Shown: positions 30,601-39,880 of the stretch, piece by piece | Layout: every line of letters begins with the position of its first letter | How positions within the stretch are numbered: the first letter of the stretch is position 1 | IMG/VR virus record: IMGVR_UViG_3300026484_000436 | Coordinates: 32,001-96,000 of that record | Length of the DNA: 64,000 bases | From: a virus | Strand: one strand, 5' to 3' | The notes under the pieces: generated by a model | What the model was told of the DNA's origin: nothing | The model's input: only the letters and a program-made list of their open reading frames with translations | The model's database searches: none | Program-made: the position numbers and the translations under genes

Positions 30601-30926
30601 TCTGGGTTAAGACTTTTGAAATCTTCTTCAACTATTTTGAGAATTTCTCCCCAAAGTTTTTTATCGTCATAAATAGGACCAGAAAGTGATTTTAAAAATT
30701 CATCCCATTTACCATTTTGACCAGGTGTTCCACCACTCGTCCCACCTGTAGGATTAGGATTGGGTTTCGGTGGTGGTGTCCCACCTGTCCCACCAGTAGG
30801 AGTTGGTGTTCCTCTACCTGTAGGATTAGGATTAGGTTTTGGTGGTGTTCCACCACCTGCACTTCCGCCACCAGTAGGAGTTGGTGTTCCTCCACCTGTT
30901 CCTGTTCCACCACCTGTATCTGCCAT
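27651..30926 (-). CDS. Tail tape measure protein (gp29-like) with a Pro/Gly/Thr-rich N-terminal extension
   Basis: Long coiled coil, K/G-rich region and AVPFVGAGLLAYD hydrophobic segment; follows the chaperone gene. Confidence 0.7.
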   Translation of the reverse strand: MADTGGGTGTGGGTPTPTGGGSAGGGTPPKPNPNPTGRGTPTPTGGTGGTPPPKPNPNPTGGTSGGTPGQNGKWDEFLKSLSGPIYDDKKLWGEILKIVEEDFKSLNPENDSGRIEEIKQYIFPYINEKKISEGQVAKALEMVGFEMSAKSILKLIENQKDADVSEYLKNNFENVNRLKNAHKKRIMNLQTERDSKIKEANNLKISDEDISQVLLNDNSEEAKQYKEKVTELLNQLEGSVSHEEVNKQLAGLGEKYQGLDGYFSQVEEQNKSLENILKEIDENSKQQLEELESQYEDKNSEEYLKAIEEFNNNLEAQKLTATAQSNETLQKLEESLGGDTKKQLEEYKNEKLELEKKLEQKSKEDIQSEINGLKEVLIESNEELKKKQKYLEVAKEKQLEEIQEEYDKKVTQLNETLDNKQEKLQNYLLETYKKDIETFKENQSKQLEEDKKILEEVYKDDTKKLNEKIKELEQDYFNEFEEYQKTQKEYAEKQLGYLENIDLIAAEELKLKKDELSEQEKKELLEKSKHKDDPEEKNKINSKNEMVESLNKTSSLEEWGSVLGEELSKKVLSGAGKIAEKIKNSKLYQKSKETKDYLFSAAGVLKDRFFNKAKSIGSKIKDKIQGSKIYQSTAEKINTAKDKVSEFAGGVKDKIVNIAQPVTSKIAQMKENYKNTDFHNEVLEKMKAKKLGIPTTPDDTKNGNEDDVEKNTINGDVGTPEVGSKNPKMEPIPSKVETKIPKPVATNDYYLSEISTISYKILDFMKNKWGKKEEVNKTGELGTKGDPKKDEDGKSGVGGLIGSVLGIVMNGFMDSGKKLLSKVSGLGKKFMGKIKGAWGKVKQFSSKLNPLNLFKSETPEIDTDDDEFGDSDNSKDKGDDKGKDKKKTSGKSKNPDAKKKIGKKVKKPSGKSILSKLKEIKGKIFKKFGKKGGAKIAAKLSAKMAARAVPFVGAGLLAYDAAKIAYMTLHDKIPLKDAISKQFLGFDIFDDDDLPETPDGEPEVDPEESKEVKDVESKDVETQDPDSPDLKQKADTTTSDTIKGKVLTGGAAAATATKESSGGIMDASSQTHNIVNNYTINKNLMSAFALL

Positions 30927-30929
30927 TTA

Positions 30930-31040
30930 TTATCCTTTTTCTTGTTCTTCATTATAAATTGTAACCATATTTGAAATATCATAATAAAATCTACCTTCAG
31001 GTATAAAAGTATTAAACATTTTTAAAAAACTTAACTCCAT
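30930..31040 (-). CDS. Small ORF missing from the track (MELSFLKMFNTF...EEQEKG); tail assembly chaperone T/gp51-like, possibly a frameshift extension
   Basis: Manual translation; frame open from 31079 to the TAA at 30930-30932. Confidence 0.55.
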   Translation of the reverse strand: MELSFLKMFNTFIPEGRFYYDISNMVTIYNEEQEKG

Positions 31041-31059
31041 TTTCAATATATTTCTGTAA

Positions 31060-32190
31060 TCATAGTCTGGGATATACCTTTAAATCGACTATATCTATAT
31101 CAATGACATATTCTTTTTTACAATTTGGGCAAGTTAAAATTATGTTTTCTAAATCTATATCAAATCTAACAATCTGCTCATCTAATTTTAACACTTCTGA
31201 AGGCATTGAGTATTTTATAACATCAATCTTTTGCTGTAAAATCATATCCTCATTTTTTATATATAATGCTTTTACAATCGTTTCGTCAGAAGTATTTAAT
31301 TCATCTTGCAATCTTTCAAGATTTTTTTCGAGAAAAATATAATCACGAATTGTAAGTGGTGCTAATTCTAATTCAACACCTTCAAGATTGAAATAAATAG
31401 GCACTTCGACATTTGAATCCTCAACCCTAAATGCCAAATCTGCAAGTGTTATTTTTGAATTTATAACTGTATTACATTTAACCCTTAAATTGTCTGGATT
31501 GCTTTTAAGTTTATCTATTTCCTTTTGAAGTTCCCCAATTTCTTTAACTAATTTTTCAATATCACTTTCTGCCTTTTTCAAATTTTCGTCTTTGAAATTA
31601 GGTAAAGTCATATTTATATTCTCTAAAATAATTTGTTTGTTTTTTATCATTTTTTCGTTTTTTGTAATTTTTGGGTTGTCAATTATATTATCACATCTAA
31701 AATTCGGACTCCAAGAATGTTCTGGGTTTGTATAAAGATTTGAAATTGTAGTTGCTAAAACAAAATCTGAAATTTCCATATCTTCGATAGTCATATTTGG
31801 GTCTTCAAATTTTATGGCATTTCTAAAAACCTTTACACCTTCAGCAATTGAATAATCATTATTGAACTTTGATAATTCTCTAACCTCATCAAAAAACAAT
31901 CCTCTAACATAAAATGCTTTATTTGACCCATAACTTCTAAACATTGAAGGGGTTTCTTCAACTTTTTGATATTCTATTTCTTTTTCGATTGTCCCCAATT
32001 TTACTTTTTGTTTTTCACTCGTAATTTTTGGGAATTTAATATCTACTTCTTCTTTTGCTACTTCGTATTCATATTGTTTTTCTTTCATAGTTTTTGAAGA
32101 TCCAATATCTACTTCATATTGTTCTTCCTTCGTAGTTTTTGGGATTTTAATATCTTCTTCTATTATTTCATATTCATTTTGTTTTTCCAC
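31060..32190 (-). CDS. Baseplate hub assembly / tail chaperone, gp26-like
   Basis: C-terminal TCPNCK motif, PLTIRDY; lies upstream of the tape measure. Confidence 0.65.
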   Translation of the reverse strand: MEKQNEYEIIEEDIKIPKTTKEEQYEVDIGSSKTMKEKQYEYEVAKEEVDIKFPKITSEKQKVKLGTIEKEIEYQKVEETPSMFRSYGSNKAFYVRGLFFDEVRELSKFNNDYSIAEGVKVFRNAIKFEDPNMTIEDMEISDFVLATTISNLYTNPEHSWSPNFRCDNIIDNPKITKNEKMIKNKQIILENINMTLPNFKDENLKKAESDIEKLVKEIGELQKEIDKLKSNPDNLRVKCNTVINSKITLADLAFRVEDSNVEVPIYFNLEGVELELAPLTIRDYIFLEKNLERLQDELNTSDETIVKALYIKNEDMILQQKIDVIKYSMPSEVLKLDEQIVRFDIDLENIILTCPNCKKEYVIDIDIVDLKVYPRL

Positions 32191-32240
32191 TTTTTAATCC
32201 TTTTATTTATATTTTATAATTATACAATATAATGTAATAA

Positions 32241-33365
32241 TTATTTACTTGAATTCAATTTTTCCAACTCAATTTTTGATAATCTACAATCATAAAATTT
32301 AATTTCGGATAAATACCCACCGAATGAATTAGTATCATCATTTAAATTTCTTCTCCCACTAATGGTACCTCCACTTATTCCATCAACATTTAATTCTCTA
32401 TAAAAAAATATCCATTTATTAAATGGTAAATTCAAATCGTGATATGAATCATCTCCAATATATGTTTTACCATCTATATAATACTTTGAATTTTTATATA
32501 AATACATCCTACCACTTTTTTCGAAACTCTCAACATTGACACCATCTCCTCTAAAATCGAAAAATTGACCTGAATGTGGTGTAGTTTTATACAAATACAT
32601 TGAAATTGCTTTAAATGACATTTTATTTTCGATAATTATCCTATCGACATCATCATTAAAATACCTACCATATCTATTATCCACCAACTCATATTTTTCT
32701 TCCCCTTTTGATTTTAATACCAAATCACTTTTTGTGGGTTCTTTATCATCTCGTTCAAAATCAATATATGACTTAGCAAAACAGGATTTTTTAAAATAAC
32801 TTGAAATGCACTCTTGATTTAAGCACTTATCATAAAAATCTATTCTTCCAATCATACTTCCATCAGCAACATAACTTGATAAATGACTATCAACAGAACC
32901 ACCTGCAAAAATTGTCGATTCTTTTTTATAAAATGAATCGTCAGTGTATATTCCTTTGGCAATGATTTCAGCATCATAATACAATTTTATATTCTTTCCA
33001 TCAGATGTAACTGCTACTAAAAACCATTTATTTAAGTCTATAGATTTATTTCCTTTTAACCATAAAGTATTATGGTGCTGTCCTTCGGTGTAAAAATCAA
33101 GAATACCCCCATTATCTTTATATGAAATTTGTATTCTAATTGAGTTTTCACTATTATCCAAAGAATGACTTTGAAAATTTATTAAAAATTGATTATCATC
33201 TGTTATTGATGTTATATAAACAGGAAACACTACACTCCATTTTGTTTTATACATATTTTCAATAGGTCTTTTTTCAAATTTCACACAAGATTTCCCGTCA
33301 AATAAAGCACATTTCCCATAAATGCCTGATGAGATTTGTTTTTTGCCTATCCATTCAATTTTCAT
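32241..33365 (-). CDS. LamG/concanavalin A-like lectin-domain virion protein
   Basis: GIYGKCALFDG, NKWFLVAVT.DG.NIKLYYD, GYLSEIKFYD..LS motifs; start re-assigned to 33365. Confidence 0.75.
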   Translation of the reverse strand: MKIEWIGKKQISSGIYGKCALFDGKSCVKFEKRPIENMYKTKWSVVFPVYITSITDDNQFLINFQSHSLDNSENSIRIQISYKDNGGILDFYTEGQHHNTLWLKGNKSIDLNKWFLVAVTSDGKNIKLYYDAEIIAKGIYTDDSFYKKESTIFAGGSVDSHLSSYVADGSMIGRIDFYDKCLNQECISSYFKKSCFAKSYIDFERDDKEPTKSDLVLKSKGEEKYELVDNRYGRYFNDDVDRIIIENKMSFKAISMYLYKTTPHSGQFFDFRGDGVNVESFEKSGRMYLYKNSKYYIDGKTYIGDDSYHDLNLPFNKWIFFYRELNVDGISGGTISGRRNLNDDTNSFGGYLSEIKFYDCRLSKIELEKLNSSK

Positions 33366-33366
33366 T

Positions 33367-33873
33367 TTAGTCCTTATAAAGTGAAAAATTATATTCTTCA
33401 CTTATTTTCTTTAACTCTTTTGTAAGTTTTCCTGACTTAGGAAATTCAGGAAATTTTTTGATATAATCATTTTCAAACATTTTTTTAAGTTTATTATACT
33501 TGCTTTTCATAATTTTGGGTTCTTTATGTTCTCTTGGATGTATTACTATTTCATCATCTGATTTGTTTTCGTGCCTTTCAATATAATCTGCTAAACTTCT
33601 TAAAATATCACTTAATTTAAAATTGTCTTTCAAATCTCTTGATGTTCTCAACCATTGATTTTCTATTTTACCTAATAATACATTTATTTCAGAATGTATT
33701 ACACCACGACAATAACCCGTCTTTTCATAAAACGACTTATGCTCATTATGAATATGGTCTAATACCTGTTTATTGACAGGTATATTGACTTTTAAAACTT
33801 CACATTTATTATTTTGATAATTATACAATAAATTTCTAAAATTCTTAACTTCTGATTGTTTTAAAATTTTCAT
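33367..33873 (-). CDS. Recombination endonuclease VII-like (His-Me finger) nuclease
   Basis: Q...C...VLDHIH...CRGVIH..IN..LGKIEN...L..LADY motif. Confidence 0.8.
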   Translation of the reverse strand: MKILKQSEVKNFRNLLYNYQNNKCEVLKVNIPVNKQVLDHIHNEHKSFYEKTGYCRGVIHSEINVLLGKIENQWLRTSRDLKDNFKLSDILRSLADYIERHENKSDDEIVIHPREHKEPKIMKSKYNKLKKMFENDYIKKFPEFPKSGKLTKELKKISEEYNFSLYKD

Positions 33874-33874
33874 T

Positions 33875-35623
33875 TTACTCCTTTATTTCTTCGTACCATA
33901 TATCTTTATAAGCATTTTCAATTAAAATTTTTCTTGATGTTAAGTCAGAATCTCTACAATCACTATTAGAAGATCCACAATTATCACATTTCCAATGGTC
34001 TAAAACAAGATTATTACCAACCACATAAATCTTTTTAAATGGATCCCAACTTCTTCCTTCCGCTGAGCAATAATCGACACCAGTGTGCTTTATATAAAAT
34101 GTTTTATTATGTCTTCTATTTTTGCAACTTTTACTCATTGTATCATCTTTATCCAAATCTGCTAATTGTCTATTTTTATTACAATTCGGATAATAATTAA
34201 CAACTTCATTATAAGCATCTATTATATTTTGCCTATTAGTTAAAACTTTGATGTTTTTTTCAAAATAATTTTCATTTTTATTATCAACTGATTCATAAAA
34301 TTCGGTAATTAAAAATAGAGGTTCATCTTTATACCACACTTTAAATGTTTTTGAATTAATTTCATCTACTTTCTTTTTTTCTGTACTTATATAAGTTTTG
34401 AAATTTTTCAATTTACCATAAAACTTATTTCCACTTTTTGTTTCAAATCCACCACCTACTTTATCTTGGTCTATACCTAGCATAAGATAATTTTCATTAT
34501 TATTTTCAACCTGTTCTCCACTCATCTTATATTCATCATCATTTAAAAATAATTTTCTGTTACCAAAATCGACTTTTAAATGGTACCATTTATTATGATT
34601 TAATTGCTCTTTAAAAACGATATGTTTTAGGTGTCCAAGGTAAATTTCTTTCCCATTATTACAAAATCCTATAAGAATAGCATTGTCACTATTTCTTGTA
34701 GCGATGCTAATCATATCATTTGTACGGGAAAAATTTTCTCCATAAAAATCGATCTCATAAACTCTGTTTGCCATATTATCCAAATTTTGATAAGATGCTC
34801 TTCTAAAATGTCCAGAAGAATTTTCCTCGTCTGTAAAATCTAAAACACATACTCCATCTTCATTTAAAACTTGAAGACCCCCTTCAATTTTCATTTTTTC
34901 AGGTTTATTATCTTTTTCAAAAATATAATAATCGTTCGAGCATTCAACTTTTTGTATTTTTTTACTATCCACCCCACAAAAAGTTTTAGCAATACATTTT
35001 TTAGTATCTTCATCTAAAATTTTATCATATAATCTTATATTATCTATTTCTATAATTCCTTTTTCATCGGTATATTTTTGCACAAATTTACTATCTCCAA
35101 ACGACATATATTTTCTTGGTACCCTTGGTATATCTTTCTCATTTTTATAATCAAGTGTTATAACCTTTTCATTATTGACATACACATTAACGACTTCATT
35201 TGAAGATTCTATCAAAAAACAAACAAAAGGAGCATCTTTTAATTTATTAATATCATTTATTTTTAGGATATTAGATATTATGACTCTTTTTGTAATGAAT
35301 TTATTTGATGAAGTTCCATTCCCCACTCCTCCATATAAATAATAATCTTCCCCTTTCTCGAATATTATAAAAAATAAAGTCGATGAAGATTCGTCATCTT
35401 CATTAATTGTAGAAATAAAATCATCACTCAAATTACAAACAGCAATCATTTTATTATTTCTATCCATATATGTTCGAGCACACATCACAATCGTGAATTC
35501 ATCTTTTAAAACATTTATAGGACTCTCAAAACGAATACAATTATCTTTACTAATATGTGCCATCTTCCCACTTTGTCCTTCAATAAATTTAGGGTCATTT
35601 CCGACCCACTCATATTTTCCCAT
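33875..35623 (-). CDS. LamG/concanavalin A-like multi-domain virion protein
   Basis: EIDNIRLYDKIL, NKWYHL, LGIDQD..GGGF...FYGKL motifs. Confidence 0.7.
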   Translation of the reverse strand: MGKYEWVGNDPKFIEGQSGKMAHISKDNCIRFESPINVLKDEFTIVMCARTYMDRNNKMIAVCNLSDDFISTINEDDESSSTLFFIIFEKGEDYYLYGGVGNGTSSNKFITKRVIISNILKINDINKLKDAPFVCFLIESSNEVVNVYVNNEKVITLDYKNEKDIPRVPRKYMSFGDSKFVQKYTDEKGIIEIDNIRLYDKILDEDTKKCIAKTFCGVDSKKIQKVECSNDYYIFEKDNKPEKMKIEGGLQVLNEDGVCVLDFTDEENSSGHFRRASYQNLDNMANRVYEIDFYGENFSRTNDMISIATRNSDNAILIGFCNNGKEIYLGHLKHIVFKEQLNHNKWYHLKVDFGNRKLFLNDDEYKMSGEQVENNNENYLMLGIDQDKVGGGFETKSGNKFYGKLKNFKTYISTEKKKVDEINSKTFKVWYKDEPLFLITEFYESVDNKNENYFEKNIKVLTNRQNIIDAYNEVVNYYPNCNKNRQLADLDKDDTMSKSCKNRRHNKTFYIKHTGVDYCSAEGRSWDPFKKIYVVGNNLVLDHWKCDNCGSSNSDCRDSDLTSRKILIENAYKDIWYEEIKE

Positions 35624-35634
35624 TTTTTATCCTT

Positions 35635-36207
35635 TTAAATTATTTTATTGCCATATTCAACATTATTTTCCGCAGTTATTGAAACTATTTTATCATAAAT
35701 AACAAACGATTCATCCCAGTAAGATTGACCTGCTTTAAGACGAAATGAACCGTCAAATGTTTCTTTTGAAGCAGTGAATTCATAATATACCTTAAATAAT
35801 TTTGAATCCCTGCTCGTATCTTGACCCTTACAAACAGAATTTGTGCTGAAAATAACATCGGCGGGTATTTCTATACTTCTATCTTTTGATATTAAACCAT
35901 CCCACTCTGAGTTAAAATAAAATGTATCATTTATATCTAAAAAATCTAATGTCATAGGATCTTTTAAACTTGAATCTATAGGATCTATTGATGCCGTCTT
36001 CCCAATATATAAATTTAAAAAATACTTTCTTCCTATTGTAAGATTTTTTATCGTGAATGATATAGAAATAGGATTATCATAGTAAATATCATACCCATCT
36101 AAATTACAATTTGAAGAAAAAGATTTATTTAGAATTACTTCGATATTTTTTTCTTCGTTACTCCTTTTTTTTTTCTTCTTTTTCTTCCTCATTTGACTCT
36201 GTTTCAT
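35635..36207 (-). CDS. Hypothetical beta-sandwich protein (true start uncertain)
   Basis: ORF within the LamG cluster. Confidence 0.4.
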   Translation of the reverse strand: MKQSQMRKKKKKKKRSNEEKNIEVILNKSFSSNCNLDGYDIYYDNPISISFTIKNLTIGRKYFLNLYIGKTASIDPIDSSLKDPMTLDFLDINDTFYFNSEWDGLISKDRSIEIPADVIFSTNSVCKGQDTSRDSKLFKVYYEFTASKETFDGSFRLKAGQSYWDESFVIYDKIVSITAENNVEYGNKII

Positions 36208-37186
36208 TTTCTAAAACTTTATCTTTATCTTCATAAAGTTCCCATATTTCTTCTTCACTTAATTCTTTTTTACATATACCAAATTCCGACATTAGACCTT
36301 CAAAAAAGTTATTTACTATGCCATCAGAATTCCAATCTCCACCAATGATAAAATCTTTATTTCCTGATGATAAGTCTATATTTTCAAGTGTAGTCTTTAA
36401 CTTACCATTTTTAAAAATTTTACCATTACTTTGTATTGTTATCATTGTCCATTCGTCATCTTCAATATCATACTCATATTTTTTCTCATCATCATAATAA
36501 AAAATTAAATCCCGTTCGTGTCTTATTATATTAAAAAGATTATTAAAATCACGACTTGCAGAAACTAACGATTGATATTTATCTGTTTCCCCATCAACTT
36601 TTATCCAAAAATTTATGGTAAATTCTTCTAAATAATCAAAATTTGTTTTTAAATAGGTGTTCCCATCAAAATCAAATGCTTCACTAATAATACCCTCTCC
36701 ATACTTCTCATTCCCTTCAACCTCAATAATTACATTGTTATTCTCATCTTTAACATTTTTATCAAATTTCAATAACATAAATTCACATTCAATTATTTCA
36801 TCTTCAAAATTTTCTTCAACTTTTATCTCGGTTTTTTTAGTAACAACTTCAGCACTATCAATTCTATTTCCAAATATATCATATAAATTATCTTCAATTA
36901 AAAAAACTAACCTTTTCAAGTCAAGAATTCTATCTTCACAATCTAAAATTACATTTGTCTTAATAATATCATAATAATAATTTTCATCAATTTTAGGAGG
37001 TTTGGGAGAAGTGTTTTTATTATCAAATCGTTTTTTTGTATAAACTTCACCCAAAAGATTTTTTATTTTATCTTCACTTTTAAAGGCAATATATTTTACA
37101 GGTATTTTGATATTATCTCCACTCCTATAATTTTCTGTCATTTCGATTTTATCGGCAATAAGCAATTCATATCCTTTATTTTTCAT
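36158..37186 (-). CDS. LamG-domain virion protein
   Basis: EAFDFDGNTY, FTINFWIK, FIIGG...FFEGLMSEF...LSEEEI..LY motifs. Confidence 0.8.
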   Translation of the reverse strand: MKNKGYELLIADKIEMTENYRSGDNIKIPVKYIAFKSEDKIKNLLGEVYTKKRFDNKNTSPKPPKIDENYYYDIIKTNVILDCEDRILDLKRLVFLIEDNLYDIFGNRIDSAEVVTKKTEIKVEENFEDEIIECEFMLLKFDKNVKDENNNVIIEVEGNEKYGEGIISEAFDFDGNTYLKTNFDYLEEFTINFWIKVDGETDKYQSLVSASRDFNNLFNIIRHERDLIFYYDDEKKYEYDIEDDEWTMITIQSNGKIFKNGKLKTTLENIDLSSGNKDFIIGGDWNSDGIVNNFFEGLMSEFGICKKELSEEEIWELYEDKDKVLENETESNEEEKEEKKKE

Positions 37187-37191
37187 TTTTA

Positions 37192-37213
37192 TTAAATACT
37201 TTTGATTATTTAA
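37192..37213. promoter_or_regulatory. Two opposed late-type TTAAATA promoters (+ at 37192-37198, - at 37207-37213)
   Basis: Same motif precedes most structural genes in the window. Confidence 0.6.
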
Positions 37214-37228
37214 TTAAAAGGTTAAGGA

Positions 37229-37777
37229 ATGGAATCAATTTATCAAAAATACCCCGAAAATTTTTTAAAGGCACTTGAAAAAACCTTGAAATTTGAAGGA
37301 TTATACAGTTATGACCCAGATGACCCAGGGGGAGAAACATATTGTGGAATATCCCGTAAAAATTTCCCAAGATGGGACGGATGGCATTCGATTGACTACT
37401 TAAAACACAAAATAAATTTAGAAACCCAAGAAGTACCTGAACTTGAAGAAAAGGTCGCAGATTTTTATTATCACAATTTTTGGGTTCCTTTATCTTTAAA
37501 TGAAATTGAATCTTTCAAAAAATCAAAAATAATTTTTGATGCAGGTGTAAATATGGGACTCCATAACACTAAAAAAATAACTCAAAAAGTGTTAAAAGTT
37601 ACACCAGATGGGATTATAGGTCCAATTACATTAAAATCATTAAAAGAAATTGATGAAAATTATTTCGTTGCTGAATTTAAACTTAAACGAATTGAGTATT
37701 ATATTGAATTGACAAAAAGGAAACCTATTTTTAAAAAATATATTGTAGGATGGGTTTCAAGAGTTTTAAATAGTTAA
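37229..37777 (+). CDS. Endolysin, glycoside hydrolase family 108 with a peptidoglycan-binding domain
   Basis: EG.Y..DPDDPGGET..GIS; FDAGVNMG; DGIIGP.TL; GW..R. Confidence 0.92.
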   Translation: MESIYQKYPENFLKALEKTLKFEGLYSYDPDDPGGETYCGISRKNFPRWDGWHSIDYLKHKINLETQEVPELEEKVADFYYHNFWVPLSLNEIESFKKSKIIFDAGVNMGLHNTKKITQKVLKVTPDGIIGPITLKSLKEIDENYFVAEFKLKRIEYYIELTKRKPIFKKYIVGWVSRVLNS

Positions 37778-37786
37778 AGGTAAAAA

Positions 37787-38113
37787 ATGGAAAATAAAGT
37801 TAAAGAGTTATCAGAAAAATATGTAGATTATTGGGCAAAGCATAATATAACATCAAGAATAGGGATATTTTTATTCGTTTTTGCTTATATTTTTGCTATT
37901 GTCTTTGTTATGTTACATCCAGTGGCACCAGCAATTGCTCAAATTGTTATATCAACATCAGCATACATTGCTTTATTGAGTGTGATGTCAGTAGTATTAG
38001 GTAATAATGCTTTGGTTAAAATTATTGAGGTTATTTATGGGAACAAAAAAGTTAAGAAAACACTTGACGACACAATAGATAACCAAAATGAAAAGTTACC
38101 CAAATTATATTAA
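37787..38113 (+). CDS. Holin (two transmembrane helices)
   Basis: Two hydrophobic segments and a charged C-terminus; follows the endolysin. Confidence 0.65.
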   Translation: MENKVKELSEKYVDYWAKHNITSRIGIFLFVFAYIFAIVFVMLHPVAPAIAQIVISTSAYIALLSVMSVVLGNNALVKIIEVIYGNKKVKKTLDDTIDNQNEKLPKLY

Positions 38114-38181
38114 CCTTAAACGAAACTTGAAGAAGTAGAACTTCTTTAAGGTGTTTTTAAGATTATTAAAAAGGATAAATA

Positions 38182-38607
38182 ATGAATTTTATAAGTAAAA
38201 TAATATCATTTTTTGGGTTAATAGGTGGATTGTTTTTAGCAAAAAAGACTTATGATTTATCAAATGAAGTGGAAACAAAACAAACCCAAATTGACAATCT
38301 AAAAATTGATAATGAAAAGAAAGACATTGAAGTTGAAAATTCTAAAATTGAAAAAGAACAATTAAAAAATGAAGTTAAAGTTGAAAAAGTTGAAGAAAAA
38401 ATAGATTCTTTAAAAAAGATTGATAAAGGCATAAAACATTACGAAGAAAAAAATAATGAAAAAATAAAATCTTTTAAAAAAAAGTATAATTATAAAAATA
38501 ATTATAAAAAAGAAACTATTACTGATGAGCAGGTTGAAAAAATAAATAAAACGATTGAGGAAGTAGATTCAAAAAAAGATGGAGAAGAATATGAAATTAA
38601 TCTTTAA
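38182..38607 (+). CDS. Inner-membrane spanin (Rz-like)
   Basis: N-terminal TM followed by coiled coil; overlaps the lipoprotein gene. Confidence 0.7.
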   Translation: MNFISKIISFFGLIGGLFLAKKTYDLSNEVETKQTQIDNLKIDNEKKDIEVENSKIEKEQLKNEVKVEKVEEKIDSLKKIDKGIKHYEEKNNEKIKSFKKKYNYKNNYKKETITDEQVEKINKTIEEVDSKKDGEEYEINL

Positions 38608-38941
38608 AATTTTAGGAATGTTTTTAATTGGTATTTTGTTTTTAGGGTGTCAAGAACCAGAACCCAAAAAAGTGTTAGTAGTTAAAAAAGTTTATATTAA
38701 AGAAAAGGTTCCTGTTTTATCACAATTTTCTGTAGGAGAATACAAATTGAGTGCCATAAATAAAGGTGGTAAAATTTATATCAAAGAATGGGATGCCACT
38801 ATTGATAAAAAGGAATTTTTGAAGTTTATAAAATACATAAAATCATTAAAAATGACTTTATTACAATACAAAAAAGAAGTAGATATTTATAATGATTATG
38901 CTAAAAATCATAATAAAGAGTTGAACTCAACCCTAAAATGA
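38591..38941 (+). CDS. Outer-membrane lipoprotein spanin (Rz1-like)
   Basis: Signal peptide with FLGC lipobox; GGAG RBS before ATG 38591. Confidence 0.7.
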   Translation: MKLIFKILGMFLIGILFLGCQEPEPKKVLVVKKVYIKEKVPVLSQFSVGEYKLSAINKGGKIYIKEWDATIDKKEFLKFIKYIKSLKMTLLQYKKEVDIYNDYAKNHNKELNSTLK

Positions 38942-39862
38942 TTTAACTAATTCATCAAGAAAAGACGAAATGTCTTTCTTGGTATTGAATACTGCCCCGA
39001 ATGCAACTCCGTGCCCTCCAGGGTTACCATTGTGTTTTTCTATTAAGTTAAAAATTGTTTCTCTTTTATCTTCGTTATTTACCCTCACACTTATTGTCAT
39101 TGATTGGATATTAACATTGACACTAATCTCATAATCAAAAAACTCCGAATAGTGATTTGCATACTTAAAATCAAAACTTATTAAAAATTTACCTTTATTT
39201 ATAATTATACCTTTTTCTTGTAATTCTTTAAAGGTTTTTTCAATTTTACCAGCATAACTTTTCATTAAGTTTTTTTGATTATCATTTAATTTATAATTTT
39301 GTTTTATCATTTTTTCGGCAAAATCATAGTTAAATTCTTCCCAAAATAAATCATTTAACATATTTGCTATTTTGAATTTAGGATTATCTTTTTGCCAAAT
39401 ATCATAAATATCTATCAATTCTACTAATTTTTTAAGATTTTGTCTTGGTACAGAGTCGATATCTTTAATAAATAATTCAAATGTTTTTAAGGTCGCACTC
39501 TTTGTATCATCTATAAAAATTTTAGCGCTGAACTCATTTTGGATTTTTTCTAAGTATGTTTTATCATCGTATAAATGGTGGTCTATATAAATAATCTTTC
39601 CTTTAAAATTATGCTTTTTTAAAGTATCGTATAACTTTTTTTGATGTTCTTTAATAAAATTTAAGTCAGTTATTATAAAAGCATCATAATAGGTTAAATC
39701 TTCAATTTTATCTAACATTTCGGGAATTTTGTTATATCCCATATTTTTAAAATTCAATTCAGCAGTTTTATATTTTCCTATTGGATTAAACTTTTCGTTT
39801 ATCACTAATTGGCACCCATAACCATCTAAGTCAGCGTGCGAAAAATTGAGTATTTTTTTCAT
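38933..39862 (-). CDS. DHH/DHHA1 phosphoesterase (NrnA/NrnB-like)
   Basis: SHADLDG, ITDL, IDHH and GGH..AFG motifs. Confidence 0.88.
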   Translation of the reverse strand: MKKILNFSHADLDGYGCQLVINEKFNPIGKYKTAELNFKNMGYNKIPEMLDKIEDLTYYDAFIITDLNFIKEHQKKLYDTLKKHNFKGKIIYIDHHLYDDKTYLEKIQNEFSAKIFIDDTKSATLKTFELFIKDIDSVPRQNLKKLVELIDIYDIWQKDNPKFKIANMLNDLFWEEFNYDFAEKMIKQNYKLNDNQKNLMKSYAGKIEKTFKELQEKGIIINKGKFLISFDFKYANHYSEFFDYEISVNVNIQSMTISVRVNNEDKRETIFNLIEKHNGNPGGHGVAFGAVFNTKKDISSFLDELVKSF

Positions 39863-39880
39863 CTTCTCTCCTCTTTTAAA

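Noticed and set aside
30692-30982. Alternative-frame and antisense ORFs over the tape measure N-terminus
   Set aside because: By-products of the GC-rich repeat; only the MADTGGG frame has an RBS and continues into the long gene
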